This document shows, piece after piece, positions 18,798 to 27,740 of a DNA stretch of 64,000 bases. The DNA lies in contig CAWAWP010000003.1 of assembly GCA_963785845.1 (NCBI GenBank), forward strand, positions 29,324 through 93,323, given 5' to 3'. The position numbers and the translations under genes were made by a program. A model generated the notes under the pieces. The model was not told the DNA's origin, did no database searches, and worked only from the letters and a program-made list of their open reading frames with translations. The DNA comes from an uncultured Chloroflexia bacterium. Its GTDB lineage: Bacteria; Chloroflexota; Ktedonobacteria; Ktedonobacterales; JADMIN01. Positions within the stretch are counted from its first letter, which is position 1; the number at the start of each line of letters is the position of its first letter.

Positions 18798-19277
18798 TTA
18801 GACGTCTGGCTCGCCGGGCGAAGCGGCGTCTTGCGGCGGCGGTTGCATCATCTCGCGGCGTGCGCGGACGCGCGTCAGCATCGAGGCATAGGCCGCGGCG
18901 GCGAGCGCCACGACGGAGGCGAGGTAAAACGGACCCAACGCGCCAAGCGAGAACGTGCAGGCCGCGAGCGAAAGCACCGCGCCAGCCCACAGCACGGGAG
19001 CATACTGTGGCCGGTTGAAGCGCGTCTCGGCCACCGCCGCCGCCGCTCCGGAGCCGATCAGCAACAGCACACTCACGACAAGTATCCAGAATGAGGCGGG
19101 CGCACCCGCCTGCGCGAAGGTCTGGTAGCTGTGCGAGGGGCATTTACCCTGGCTGTCGAGCGTCACCGTGCAGACGAAGGGCACGAAGAGGACGTTAATC
19201 AGGGTGAGCAAAGCCAGAACGCCAGAGGAGGCGCCCGCCGCGTACTCGATTCTGCGGATCACCCATGCGCCTCCCAT
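18798..19277 (-). CDS. Hypothetical four-TM membrane protein
   Basis: ORF with four long hydrophobic segments ('VLALLTLINVLFVPFV', 'FWILVVSVLLLIGSG', 'VLWAGAVLSLAACTF', 'FYLASVVALAAAAYA'). No family recognised. Confidence 0.6.
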   Translation of the reverse strand: MGGAWVIRRIEYAAGASSGVLALLTLINVLFVPFVCTVTLDSQGKCPSHSYQTFAQAGAPASFWILVVSVLLLIGSGAAAAVAETRFNRPQYAPVLWAGAVLSLAACTFSLGALGPFYLASVVALAAAAYASMLTRVRARREMMQPPPQDAASPGEPDV

Positions 19278-19414
19278 GTCCGCGAGGTCGATCGATCACC
19301 GAGCGCGAGAAGCCACAAGCGCGTCCTCGCACCATAGGTAGTGTACATCCTGGTCCACCGCAGCCGCCCAACGCCAACGGCCGGGCGACGAGTCCTCCGC
19401 GGGCGACGCGGCGA

Positions 19415-20275
19415 TCACCAGTCCGGGCGCGACGCGCGACCGCGCGGCGAGCTTGCCCCCGGCGAGCGCCGGCCAGGTCCGCTCGGCGAGCCGCGTGTGC
19501 CAAAGCCCGAAGAGCCTGGCCCCCCAAACCGCTCGCCCTCGGCGCTGTACTCGCCGCGCTCGTCGCTGCTCCATGCGGCGCGGCGGATGCCTCCCGCTGC
19601 GGACGCGGCGACCGCGCCCTTAGCCCCCGGCTGGCGACTGGCCCGCTTGCCCAGCAGCAGTGCCCGCAGGAACGGACCGTAGCCATCACGCCGCAAAATC
19701 TGCACGGCGATCACCGCGACGATGATGCCTAGTATGCCGACGATGCAACTCATCAGCGACGCGAAGAGCAGCCCGTTCGAGGTGAACGAGCCGACCGTGA
19801 TGCCCTGTTGCATGCCACCGGCCCCCGCGCCGTAGGTTGGTTGCGCCAAAACGACCTTGGTCGCATCGCTAGAGCCGCTGCCCGGGTCGTTGGGATTGCC
19901 ATTACCACCGCCGCCGCCACCGCCGGATGAGGTCGTTGCCGTCGGCGCTACCGTCGTCGTGACGCTCGCCGTCGCCGTTCCCAAGCCGCCCGTTGGTGTC
20001 GCGGTAGGCGGGCCCTTGTGCACCGTAGGGGTGTCGGTGGGAGGCGAGGCGGAAGAAGTTCCCGAGGGCGACGCGGTGGTGGTGGTATCGGCAGGGGTCG
20101 CTGGCTGTAAAGGCATCGCCGAAACGCTATGCGCGCCGAGGGCGGCGAGGAACACGAGCCATACCGCCGCCAGCAGCACGGCGATGATTCTGCCGCGACG
20201 CGTAGTGCTCGCAAGGCCGCCACGCCTGCGCCGATCGACCGGCATCATTCGCCCTCCCGCACCAACCCGCTGCAC
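19415..20275 (-). CDS. Hypothetical membrane-anchored Thr/Pro/Gly-rich protein
   Basis: N-terminal signal/anchor 'IIAVLLAAVWLVFLAALGA'; low-complexity 'TPADTTTTASPSGTSSASPPTDTP..SSGGGGGGGNGNP'; second TM 'LLFASLMSCIVGILGIIVAVIAV'. Start could be the internal MMPVD. Confidence 0.55.
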   Translation of the reverse strand: MQRVGAGGRMMPVDRRRRGGLASTTRRGRIIAVLLAAVWLVFLAALGAHSVSAMPLQPATPADTTTTASPSGTSSASPPTDTPTVHKGPPTATPTGGLGTATASVTTTVAPTATTSSGGGGGGGNGNPNDPGSGSSDATKVVLAQPTYGAGAGGMQQGITVGSFTSNGLLFASLMSCIVGILGIIVAVIAVQILRRDGYGPFLRALLLGKRASRQPGAKGAVAASAAGGIRRAAWSSDERGEYSAEGERFGGPGSSGFGTRGSPSGPGRRSPGASSPRGRASRPDW

Positions 20276-20475
20276 CGCGCATCAGTCTACCGGCGGCCGC
20301 CTACCATGTCAACTTGGCAGGACCGCGCCGCAGGGTCTCTCGCATGCCCCGCCCGATCCGTTGCCACGCTGGCCGCCCTCCCGGTCGCGGGCACCTAGCC
20401 GCGGCTTCACCCCTGAGCCATCGGCGACCGACCCTCACCGCGCCGCCGGTGGTCCGTCAGGTGAATGCGAGCGAA

Positions 20476-21579
20476 ATGGTATGCTTGGGTCCGCACGCGA
20501 GGCTCGCTGCATGGCGCCTTGCCAGGGCTCCGCCACCTGTGAAAGTGAGCGCGCCGTTGCCAGCACCACCGCCGATCCCAAGCGACCGCGACCTCATAGG
20601 GCATCTTCGTGCGCTCGCGCTGGCGATCCGCGACTCCGTGCTGCGAGCCACGCGCGACGCGACCACCGCGGAGCTCTCGGAGGCCGTGGCCCAGCAGGGC
20701 GGCGACACTATCTACCGCCTCGATCTGCATGCCGAAGCACCGCTGCTCGAATACTGCGAGCGCTGGGGCGCGCAGACGCCGTTCCTGCTGATCGCTGAGG
20801 GCCTTGAGGGCGGTGAGCGCTGCTTCCCGCCAGATGCGGACGAGGCGTCGCTGGCGTTCACGCTGATCGCCGATCCCGTCGACGGCACACGCGGGTTGAT
20901 GTACGGCAAGCGCAGCGCCTGGACGTTGCTCGGCGTCGCACCGCCGCCGCACGGTGTATGGCGCCCGACGCTGGCCGACATCTTCGTGGCGCTGCAAGCC
21001 GAACTGCCGACGCCACGCGCCGCGTTAGCGGACCTGCTCTGGGCGGTGCGCGGCCAGGGCGCGCAGGCCGAGACACACGATCTGCGCAGCGGTTCGATCA
21101 TGCGTTACGCGCCGCGCCCAAGCCAGGCGACGACGCTCCTCGGCGGTTTCGGCGGACTGGTCAAGTTCTTCCCCGGCCACAAGGTGATCGCCGCGCAACT
21201 TGAGGAGCGCCTGTTTCGTGAACTGCTCGGACCACCGCCGGCGGAGACAGCGCAAGTCTTCGACGACGAATACATCAGTTCCGGCGGTCAGCTTTACGAA
21301 TTGATCGTCGGCCACGACCGCTTCGTCGCCGATCTCCGCCCCACGCTGCACCCGGCACGTGAACACAACGGCCTCTGCGCCCATCCCTACGACCTCTGCA
21401 CCGTGCTGATCGCCCAGGAAATCGGCGTAATCGTCACCGACGCTGGCGGCGCACCCCTCACGGCTCCGCTCGACACCAGCTCCCCCGTCGCCTGGATCGG
21501 CTATGCCAACGAGACGCTGCGTGCGCAGATCGCCCCAGTGCTCACGCGGCTACTGCGCGAAACGCGGGCGCCCGCGTGA
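20476..21579 (+). CDS. Inositol monophosphatase/FBPase-superfamily protein
   Basis: 'LIADPVDGTRGLMYG' matches the DP(I/L)DGT metal-binding motif. ORF 20314..21579. True start uncertain: ATG 20476 or GTG 20539, neither with a strong RBS. Confidence 0.65.
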   Translation: MVCLGPHARLAAWRLARAPPPVKVSAPLPAPPPIPSDRDLIGHLRALALAIRDSVLRATRDATTAELSEAVAQQGGDTIYRLDLHAEAPLLEYCERWGAQTPFLLIAEGLEGGERCFPPDADEASLAFTLIADPVDGTRGLMYGKRSAWTLLGVAPPPHGVWRPTLADIFVALQAELPTPRAALADLLWAVRGQGAQAETHDLRSGSIMRYAPRPSQATTLLGGFGGLVKFFPGHKVIAAQLEERLFRELLGPPPAETAQVFDDEYISSGGQLYELIVGHDRFVADLRPTLHPAREHNGLCAHPYDLCTVLIAQEIGVIVTDAGGAPLTAPLDTSSPVAWIGYANETLRAQIAPVLTRLLRETRAPA

Positions 21580-21664
21580 CGCGTCCGCTTTCGATGCATG
21601 GATGGTACACTGGGAGCCGATGGTCGCCCGTGCGCCGAAGCACCCCGCGGACAAGGACACGCCC

Positions 21665-22912
21665 ATGCTTGACTTCTCACTCTCACCCGAACTGCTCGAC
21701 CTCCGCGACCGCACATTGGCCTTCGTCCGCGACGAGGTGATCCCATGCGAGCGCCTCGTCGCCGAACACGACGGCCTCCCCGCGGATCAGCTGGCGGCGC
21801 TGCGCCAGAAAGCACGCGACGCCGGCCTCTATGCGCCGCATGTCGATAAGGAGTGGGGCGGCCTTGGGCTCGACATGCGCGCGATGAGCGTCGTCTTCGA
21901 GGCCGCGGGCCAGAGTCTGTTGGGGCCGCTGGCGCTCAATTGCTCCGCGCCCGACGAAGGCAACATGCACTTGTTGGAGTTGGTGGCGTCGCACGAGCAG
22001 AAGGAAAAGTACCTGCGTCCTTTGGTCGAAGGGCACATTCGCTCGTGCTTCTCGATGACCGAGCCGCCGCCCGGGGCCGGGGCCGATCCGGCAATGTTGC
22101 GCACACACGCCGAGCGGCGCGACGACGGCTGGATGATTCACGGCGACAAGTGGTACATCACCGGAGCGGACGGCGCAGCCTTCACCATCTGCATGGCGCG
22201 CACCGGCGACAGTGACGATGGGCGCGCGCGCGCAACCATGTTCCTGGTCGACGCCGGAACGCCTGGCTATCGTGTAATCCGCCAGATTCCTTCGCTCGAT
22301 AGCGGCGGCCAAGGCGGCCACTGCGAGGTCGAGTTCCGCGACTGTTTCGTCCCCGAGAGCGCCATCCTGGGCACCGCTGGCGAAGGGTTCAAGTATGCGC
22401 AGTTGCGTCTGGCGCCAGCCCGCCTGACCCACTGCATGCGTTGGCTCGGCGTGGCGCAACGCTCGCTCGACATCGCCGCCGCGTATGCCACCGAGCGTTC
22501 GAGCATGGGCAAGCTCCTCGGCGAGCACCAGCAGGTGCAGGCGATGCTGGCCGACTCGGCGACAGAGATCCACGCCGCGCGCCTGATGATCTGGCACGCC
22601 GCCTGGGTGCTCGACACTGGCGGCCAGGGGCGGCACGAAACCTCCATGACCAAAGTCTACGTCTCCGAGATCGTCAATCGCGTGGTCGATCGTGCGCTGC
22701 AAATCTGCGGCTCTCACGGTGTCTCGAACGATCTGCCGCTGGCAAGCTTCTACCGCAATGCGCGCCCCTTCCGCATCTACGACGGACCCTCCGAAGTCCA
22801 TCGCGCCGTGATCGCGCGCGACGTGCTCAAAGCGGCGGCGGGCAACTCCGCGCTCCGCCAGGAAGCCGCCGCCCGCGCCGTGGCGGAAGCGGCGGAAGGA
22901 GAGCAGGCATGA
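21665..22912 (+). CDS. Acyl-CoA dehydrogenase family protein
   Basis: 'CFSMTEPPPGAGADPAML' and C-terminal 'FRIYDGPSEVHRAVIAR' (catalytic-Glu region). Start trimmed to ATG 21665 (MLDFSLSPEL). Confidence 0.92.
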   Translation: MLDFSLSPELLDLRDRTLAFVRDEVIPCERLVAEHDGLPADQLAALRQKARDAGLYAPHVDKEWGGLGLDMRAMSVVFEAAGQSLLGPLALNCSAPDEGNMHLLELVASHEQKEKYLRPLVEGHIRSCFSMTEPPPGAGADPAMLRTHAERRDDGWMIHGDKWYITGADGAAFTICMARTGDSDDGRARATMFLVDAGTPGYRVIRQIPSLDSGGQGGHCEVEFRDCFVPESAILGTAGEGFKYAQLRLAPARLTHCMRWLGVAQRSLDIAAAYATERSSMGKLLGEHQQVQAMLADSATEIHAARLMIWHAAWVLDTGGQGRHETSMTKVYVSEIVNRVVDRALQICGSHGVSNDLPLASFYRNARPFRIYDGPSEVHRAVIARDVLKAAAGNSALRQEAAARAVAEAAEGEQA

Positions 22913-23998
22913 GCCATCCCGACGGCGCGCACGACACCGAGAGTCAGCTCGTCAACCTTGATGCGCTCCGCGAATATCTCGACCGCACGTTGCCGCCCCG
23001 CGAAGCGTCATCCGAGCTGCGCGTCGAGCGCGTCCGTGGCGGCCACTCGAACGAGACGTTCTACCTGACCCGTGGCAGTGGTGACGCCGAGGAACGCTAC
23101 GTCTTGCGACGCCCGCCGCTCGGTCCGCTGCTGCCGACGGCCCACGACGTCGGCCGCGAGTTCCGCGTCCTCTCGGCGCTCTACGGCACGTCGGTACCGC
23201 TGCCGCGGCCGGTGCTCTTCTGCGACGATCTCGCGGTGCTCGGCGCGCCATTCTACCTGATGGAGCGCGTCCCCGGCGTCGTCCTGCGCACGAAACTGCC
23301 CGCCGGATTTCGAGGCCGATGTGGCGTCGCGGGCTGGCCTCGGCGAAGCGCTGATCGACGCCCTCGCCGAGCTTCACGCCGTGGATTGGCAGGCGCGCGG
23401 CCTTGGCAACTTCGGCAAGCCGCAAGGCTATCTCGAGCGCCAGATCCGCCGCTGGAGCGGCCAGCTCGACGCCTCGCGTACACGAGCGCTCCCCGATCTC
23501 GATGCCGTCACGCAGTGGCTCACCGCACACATGCCAGAGTCCGGCGCCGCCACCATCGTCCATGGCGACTACCGGCTCGACAACCTCATGTTCGCGCCAG
23601 CCCCCCCGGCGCGCGTCCTGGCGATCGTCGACTGGGAAATGGCAACCCTCGGCGACCCCCTGGCCGACCTCGGCTACCTGCTCTCGTTCTGGCGCGAGGC
23701 GGGCGATCCTGATGCGCAACTAGGTGACGACGCCTGGCGCATGACCTCACAACCGGGATTCTCGACCCGCGCCGAACTTGTAGACCGCTATGCCGAGCGC
23801 ACGGGCCGCCACATGACCCACGTCAATTTCTACGTCGCGCTCGCCGTGTGGAAGCTAGCGATCCTGCTGGAGGGCAGCTACAAGCGCCACCTCGCCGGTA
23901 CGACAGACGATCCATTCTTCGCCACCCTCGATGTCGGCATCCCCTTCCTGGCGGCACGCGCCCGGGCCATCTGTGACGGCGATCTCGCCTACGGCTAA
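22909..23998 (+). pseudogene. APH/ChoK-fold phosphotransferase coupled to the acyl-CoA dehydrogenase; +1 frameshift near 23308-23311
   Basis: ATG 22909 overlaps the ACAD stop (ATGA). N-lobe 'VERVRGGHSNETFYLT..RYVLRRPP' lies in the frame of ORF 22441. The rest ('EADVASRAGLGEALIDALAELHAVDW..TIVHGDYRLDNLMFA..IVDWEMATLGDPLADLGY') lies in the frame of ORF 23321. Removing one T of 'ggaTTTcgag' joins them (..LPAGFEADV..). Confidence 0.85.
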
Positions 23999-24284
23999 TG
24001 CCACTTTCAAGTAGTTGCTTGCCCCCCGTGCCTCGCCTGCGCGAGCTGTGCCCCAGCCTCCACGCCAGCACGCGCGCCAAGACGCGGAGACAAAACACGT
24101 CCGTCGAAGTCGGCCAGGTGCGATACCAATCTCGTCTGAGTCCTTGCCGCTTCCGCTCCGGCGCTCCCGCCTCCCCTTCTCTCGTGGGGAAGGCGGCGTA
24201 TCCCTCTGAGGGCTTGCTGGGGGGTAGGTCGACCCTATCGGATGCGCTGCCTCCGCTACGCCCGTCTGCGAGAACACGCAAAGA

Positions 24285-24307
24285 GGCCCGCTCGCGAAGA
24301 GCGGGCC
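24285..24307 (-). terminator. Hairpin terminator between convergent genes (best fit to the minus-strand TIR gene)
   Basis: Perfect 9-bp stem GGCCCGCTC / GAGCGGGCC with a GCGAA loop, 18 nt past the TIR stop. The minus strand continues TCTTTGCGTGTTCT. Confidence 0.6.
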
Positions 24308-24325
24308 CCATGTGCGCGAGTGCCG

Positions 24326-25474
24326 TTAGACCTTCTGTGTCGGCGGCTTCGTCGGGATTGAGAGTGCCGTCGAGATCGCGACAATCGTGAAGAGGAACGC
24401 CAGCCAGGTGCCACCACCCGGCCCAGGCGCGAAGTGGATCAACTCCGAGCTATGGAAAGCCTCCGGCGCTGCGGCGATGTAAATCACCAACACCACCAAC
24501 TCCGCGAAGATCGGCAGCACGACCAGTATCTTGGCGATCAGTGGCCTGAGTCCGGCGAGAGCGACGACCACCGGCACAATCAACATGATCAGTGCGATCG
24601 GCAAAAAGAACCGCAACAGCGAGAAGCTGAAGATCAATGTAGGCGTCACGGTGAAGGTCAGGTGGCCATTCACCACCACCGTCTGGGTGCCAGCGGATAC
24701 CGATAGCGGGACGTGCGGGTCCAAGCTGCCGCTGTTGGCCGTATAACCGTTTTGAACTTTGACCCCAGGGGCGTCAAGCGGCGCGGTACCCGTATTCACC
24801 ATGACCTTTTTATCCGCCGCGAGATAATAGCCATCGACGTTATTGGGGCCAGGGGCGATTACCGCGGGACCCAGCGAACAGCCTCCCTGGTCCTCGCAAG
24901 CGATGCCCACACTGAACCACGCCATACCGAAGCTGAGGATCATGATCAGCGTCGAAGCGACAATTATCAGGCCACGGTAGCCAAATCGCCCCCAGATCGC
25001 CCGCGGACTGTAGCCTTTTTCGTCGAGCAGCGCCGCTACACCGGTCGGTCTGGCGTTTTCCGTGCCCTCGACGACCTTGTTGATCAACGGCAGCGTCGCC
25101 GCGTAGTCGTGAGAAGCATCGAGAAGCCGTGCACGACTCCAGAGCGCCGGCAACGACTCGGCCGCCACGGGACGTGCCGCTATCACGACGGGAAGGCGCA
25201 TCTCGCCGCTGGTCGTCCGCCCCGATGCCACATAGAGCTCACGATTGACCCGCATCGACGCCAGCGCTTCAGGCGACAGCACGACCACCAGCAGGTCCTT
25301 GCCTGCCATCGCCTGGTTCAACCGCGCGAGGTTTTCCGAGGTGGAGAGATCGAGCGTGTCAAATTCGGGAGACGAAGTCACCACCTCATCGCCCGCGGCG
25401 CGGAGATCATCCTGGAGGCGCGCCGCGAAAGCTTGATCCGCGGGCGCATAACTCAGATAGACACGTGTCGGCAT
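24326..25474 (-). CDS. TIR-domain protein fused to a multi-pass transmembrane C-terminal region
   Basis: N-terminus 'VYLSYAPADQAFAARLQDDLRAAGDEV' and 'DLLVVVLSPEALASMRVNRELYVA' fit the bacterial TIR pattern (F/YxSY..D, then hydrophobic-S-x-x-x-x-x-S-x-x-x-x-x-E). Then TM 'GLIIVASTLIMILSFGMAWFSVGI', a ~90-aa loop, and 3-4 further TMs. GGAGGT sits 5 nt before ATG 25474. Confidence 0.8.
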   Translation of the reverse strand: MPTRVYLSYAPADQAFAARLQDDLRAAGDEVVTSSPEFDTLDLSTSENLARLNQAMAGKDLLVVVLSPEALASMRVNRELYVASGRTTSGEMRLPVVIAARPVAAESLPALWSRARLLDASHDYAATLPLINKVVEGTENARPTGVAALLDEKGYSPRAIWGRFGYRGLIIVASTLIMILSFGMAWFSVGIACEDQGGCSLGPAVIAPGPNNVDGYYLAADKKVMVNTGTAPLDAPGVKVQNGYTANSGSLDPHVPLSVSAGTQTVVVNGHLTFTVTPTLIFSFSLLRFFLPIALIMLIVPVVVALAGLRPLIAKILVVLPIFAELVVLVIYIAAAPEAFHSSELIHFAPGPGGGTWLAFLFTIVAISTALSIPTKPPTQKV

Positions 25475-25874
25475 AGCGACCTCCGTTAGCTGGCATCAGT
25501 CTTCGGCGCCCCGCACCCGCGCGGGCGGACGAACTGGGTTGAGGAGTGGAGAAAACGTGCCAAGTACGCGACACCTTCACGGTGAACCATGCATCCGCTC
25601 TCGCTCTGCTGGGTGGACGCAGCATAGCGCACCGGCAAGAAACCTGTCAACGTAGGGTCTGCATTCGCCAGGAGCGTGCCACGTCTGCCGGTGCCATCGC
25701 CGCCACGTCACCCTGGCCGATAGGTGCCCCAGGTCTCATGCCGCTCGACTCCACCAGCCCACCGGCATGTACCATCGTTGCCCCGCCGCAATCTCCGATC
25801 TATCGCGCCTATGACCGACACGACGCCAGCGATTTCTCGCGCTGCGCCGCAACCAACCAATTCACCGTCTGATA

Positions 25875-26339
25875 CTAACAATCAGCCGTCTCCCCGCCTT
25901 CGCCTCGCGTGTACTCCGCCGGAGCGAAGAACACCAGGATGGTCAACTCCTCCTCGATCGCGTAAAAGTGGTGCGTAGCATGCGCCGGCACATAGACGAT
26001 CGAGCCCGCACGCACGGCGCGGCTCTCCTCCTCCACGCTGATCTGCCCCATGCCCCGCACGACGTAATAGACCTCGTCTTCGCTGTGCGGCTTCTGCGGG
26101 TCCACCCCGCCAACTGGCAGCACATACACGCCAGCGCTCAGCTCCGCGACCCGCAAGAACTCAGCGTACGTTGCGGCGGTGCCCCCGCGAACCGTCATCA
26201 GGTCGTCTAGTTCAAACGCCCGCACGACGCTACCTCTTCCTCGATTGCCACATACACGATTGCCAAACACAGTATGCATACACGTTGAACCGTCACCAAT
26301 CTTTACATTCGCCGCGCCAACGCCAGCCTCCGCCGTCAA
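25875..26339 (-). CDS. Cupin-domain protein
   Basis: 'PHSEDEVYYVVRGMGQISV' and 'GSIVYVPAHATHHFYA' (two cupin motifs). Start uncertain; the internal ATG 26279 is possible. Confidence 0.8.
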   Translation of the reverse strand: MTAEAGVGAANVKIGDGSTCMHTVFGNRVCGNRGRGSVVRAFELDDLMTVRGGTAATYAEFLRVAELSAGVYVLPVGGVDPQKPHSEDEVYYVVRGMGQISVEEESRAVRAGSIVYVPAHATHHFYAIEEELTILVFFAPAEYTRGEGGETADC

Positions 26340-26554
26340 AATGGCGTCGCTATAACGAATGCTAAATGGCTGCCCTCACAAACCAGCAGCATCGCTTGGC
26401 ATAGAACCTGCAGCATCCACAGCCGCGGCGGTTGTTGCGCCGCTATGCACACCACGCCTCGGCTGATCTCGGGGCATCTGACAGCGAGCAGGCTGCTTCT
26501 GCTCATCGCCACGGCGAGATGTTTTTGCCGCGTGCGGCGGAGACGAAGACCTTG

Positions 26555-26591
26555 GGGGCAGGCATATGTCTGCCCCTTCCGCGTTTTCCGC
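26555..26591 (+). terminator. Orphan terminator-like hairpin (plus strand)
   Basis: GGGGCAG-gcatatgt-CTGCCCC (26555-26576) followed by TTCCGCGTTTTCCGC. There is no accepted plus-strand gene upstream of it. Confidence 0.25.
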
Positions 26592-26648
26592 GAGCCTGCG
26601 CGCCACGACTGCTATCGCCGGCCACGGCGCAAGAGCGCGGCGCGATCT

Positions 26649-26657
26649 TGCTATAAT
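26649..26657 (+). promoter_or_regulatory. Extended -10 promoter element TGcTATAAT
   Basis: Perfect TATAAT (26652-26657) preceded by TGc, about 165 nt upstream of the sigma-like gene. AT-rich patch in GC-rich DNA. Confidence 0.5.
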
Positions 26658-26820
26658 AGCGCAGAGACCGGTCACGCGGGGGCCTGGAGCGCCCTCGCCA
26701 TCGTGCAAAACCCTCTCGGGCGCTTCCACTTGAACCACCATCAGCAAGAATGATCGTCTAGCAGCGATCCCATCTACCCACATTCTGCCCCCGCGGAATC
26801 AGGCCGCATGGAGAATAGCA

Positions 26821-27711
26821 GTGATGGACGAGTCCAGCAACATCGCCGGAACTGCCCGCGCGACGCCAAATCCCACGCCACGAACCGCAACTACAGAAGA
26901 GGTGCCGATGCCAACAACCACCCGCGCGGCAGCCACACTCCCACACCAGCCAGATGCAACCGATGTCGCTGGCGATCTCCTCGACCCCCGCGACCCCGCG
27001 ACTCAGGCGCGGCTGCGTCTGCGCAGCGCGACCGGCGGCTACGAGATTCCCGAGATCGCGTTGGTGCGCGCCATTCGCGCCTGGGGACAGCGCGGCGAAC
27101 CCGAAAAGGTGAAGTTGCTCTGTGGCACGCTGATCGAACGCTGCATGCCAGAGTTCAAGCGGCGTGCGGCAGGGCTGCGCCATCGCCCACAATTGATGGA
27201 AGACGCCATCGCCGGGATGATCGAGCAAGTGCTGCGCGAAGCACAAGACCCGCGCGAAATCTTCATGACGCAGAACTTCATTCATTACCTGCGCTGCTGC
27301 TGCGCCGATAACTTTGGCCGCGTGCTGCGACAAGAGGGATTGAGTTACCGCCGCGACGAGCAAGGGCGACCAGCGGGGCGGCCGCTGCATGTGCCGCAGG
27401 CGCTGGTCGAGCGGATCGACATCAGCGCGGAGGATCGCGAAGAAGCGTCCGCCCAGTCCACCGTCATCGCCGACCCGCGCGACGCCACTGAAGAGCGCAT
27501 GGCGGCCCTCGAAGCACAGCGCATACTCGGCTATCTACCCGACCCAATGGATCGACAGATCATGGTGCTGCGCGCGCTCGATCACCAGCGCTGGGATGAC
27601 ATCGCCAAGCTCTGCGGCAAGACCGAGCGGACGATGCGCCTGCGCTACGAAAAAGCCGTAGTGCGCCTACGACAATGCATTGAAGCTGAGACGGCGGCAT
27701 TCGCGCGCTAG
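26821..27711 (+). CDS. Sigma-70-family-like protein (clear region 4, divergent region 2)
   Basis: C-terminal 'LPDPMDRQIMVLRALDHQRWDDIAKLCGKTERTMRLRYEKAVVRLRQ' looks like a sigma region 4 HTH. Thr/Pro-rich N-terminal tail. GGAG 7 nt upstream of GTG 26821 (ATG 26824 alternative). Confidence 0.6.
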   Translation: MMDESSNIAGTARATPNPTPRTATTEEVPMPTTTRAAATLPHQPDATDVAGDLLDPRDPATQARLRLRSATGGYEIPEIALVRAIRAWGQRGEPEKVKLLCGTLIERCMPEFKRRAAGLRHRPQLMEDAIAGMIEQVLREAQDPREIFMTQNFIHYLRCCCADNFGRVLRQEGLSYRRDEQGRPAGRPLHVPQALVERIDISAEDREEASAQSTVIADPRDATEERMAALEAQRILGYLPDPMDRQIMVLRALDHQRWDDIAKLCGKTERTMRLRYEKAVVRLRQCIEAETAAFAR

Positions 27712-27740
27712 CGATACGTCGAAGGTGAGGAGAGACGAAC

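Noticed and set aside
22441-23712. 423-aa ORF taken at face value as one protein
   Set aside because: The first ~155 aa are out of frame over the ACAD gene. The last ~135 aa (Arg/Pro-rich) are read-through after the frameshift at ~23310. Only the middle part (from ATG 22909) is genuine kinase sequence.
25576-25586. Palindrome TTCAC-G-GTGAA about 100 nt upstream of the TIR gene as a possible operator
   Set aside because: 5+5 palindromes are expected dozens of times by chance in this window, and there is no supporting second site.
18717-25880. 12-nt exact repeat CTGATACTAACA at 18717-18728 and 25869-25880
   Set aside because: By a rough calculation, on the order of a hundred 12-mer coincidences are expected by chance in 64 kb. 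One copy overlaps a stop codon and the other a -10 box, with no extended similarity.
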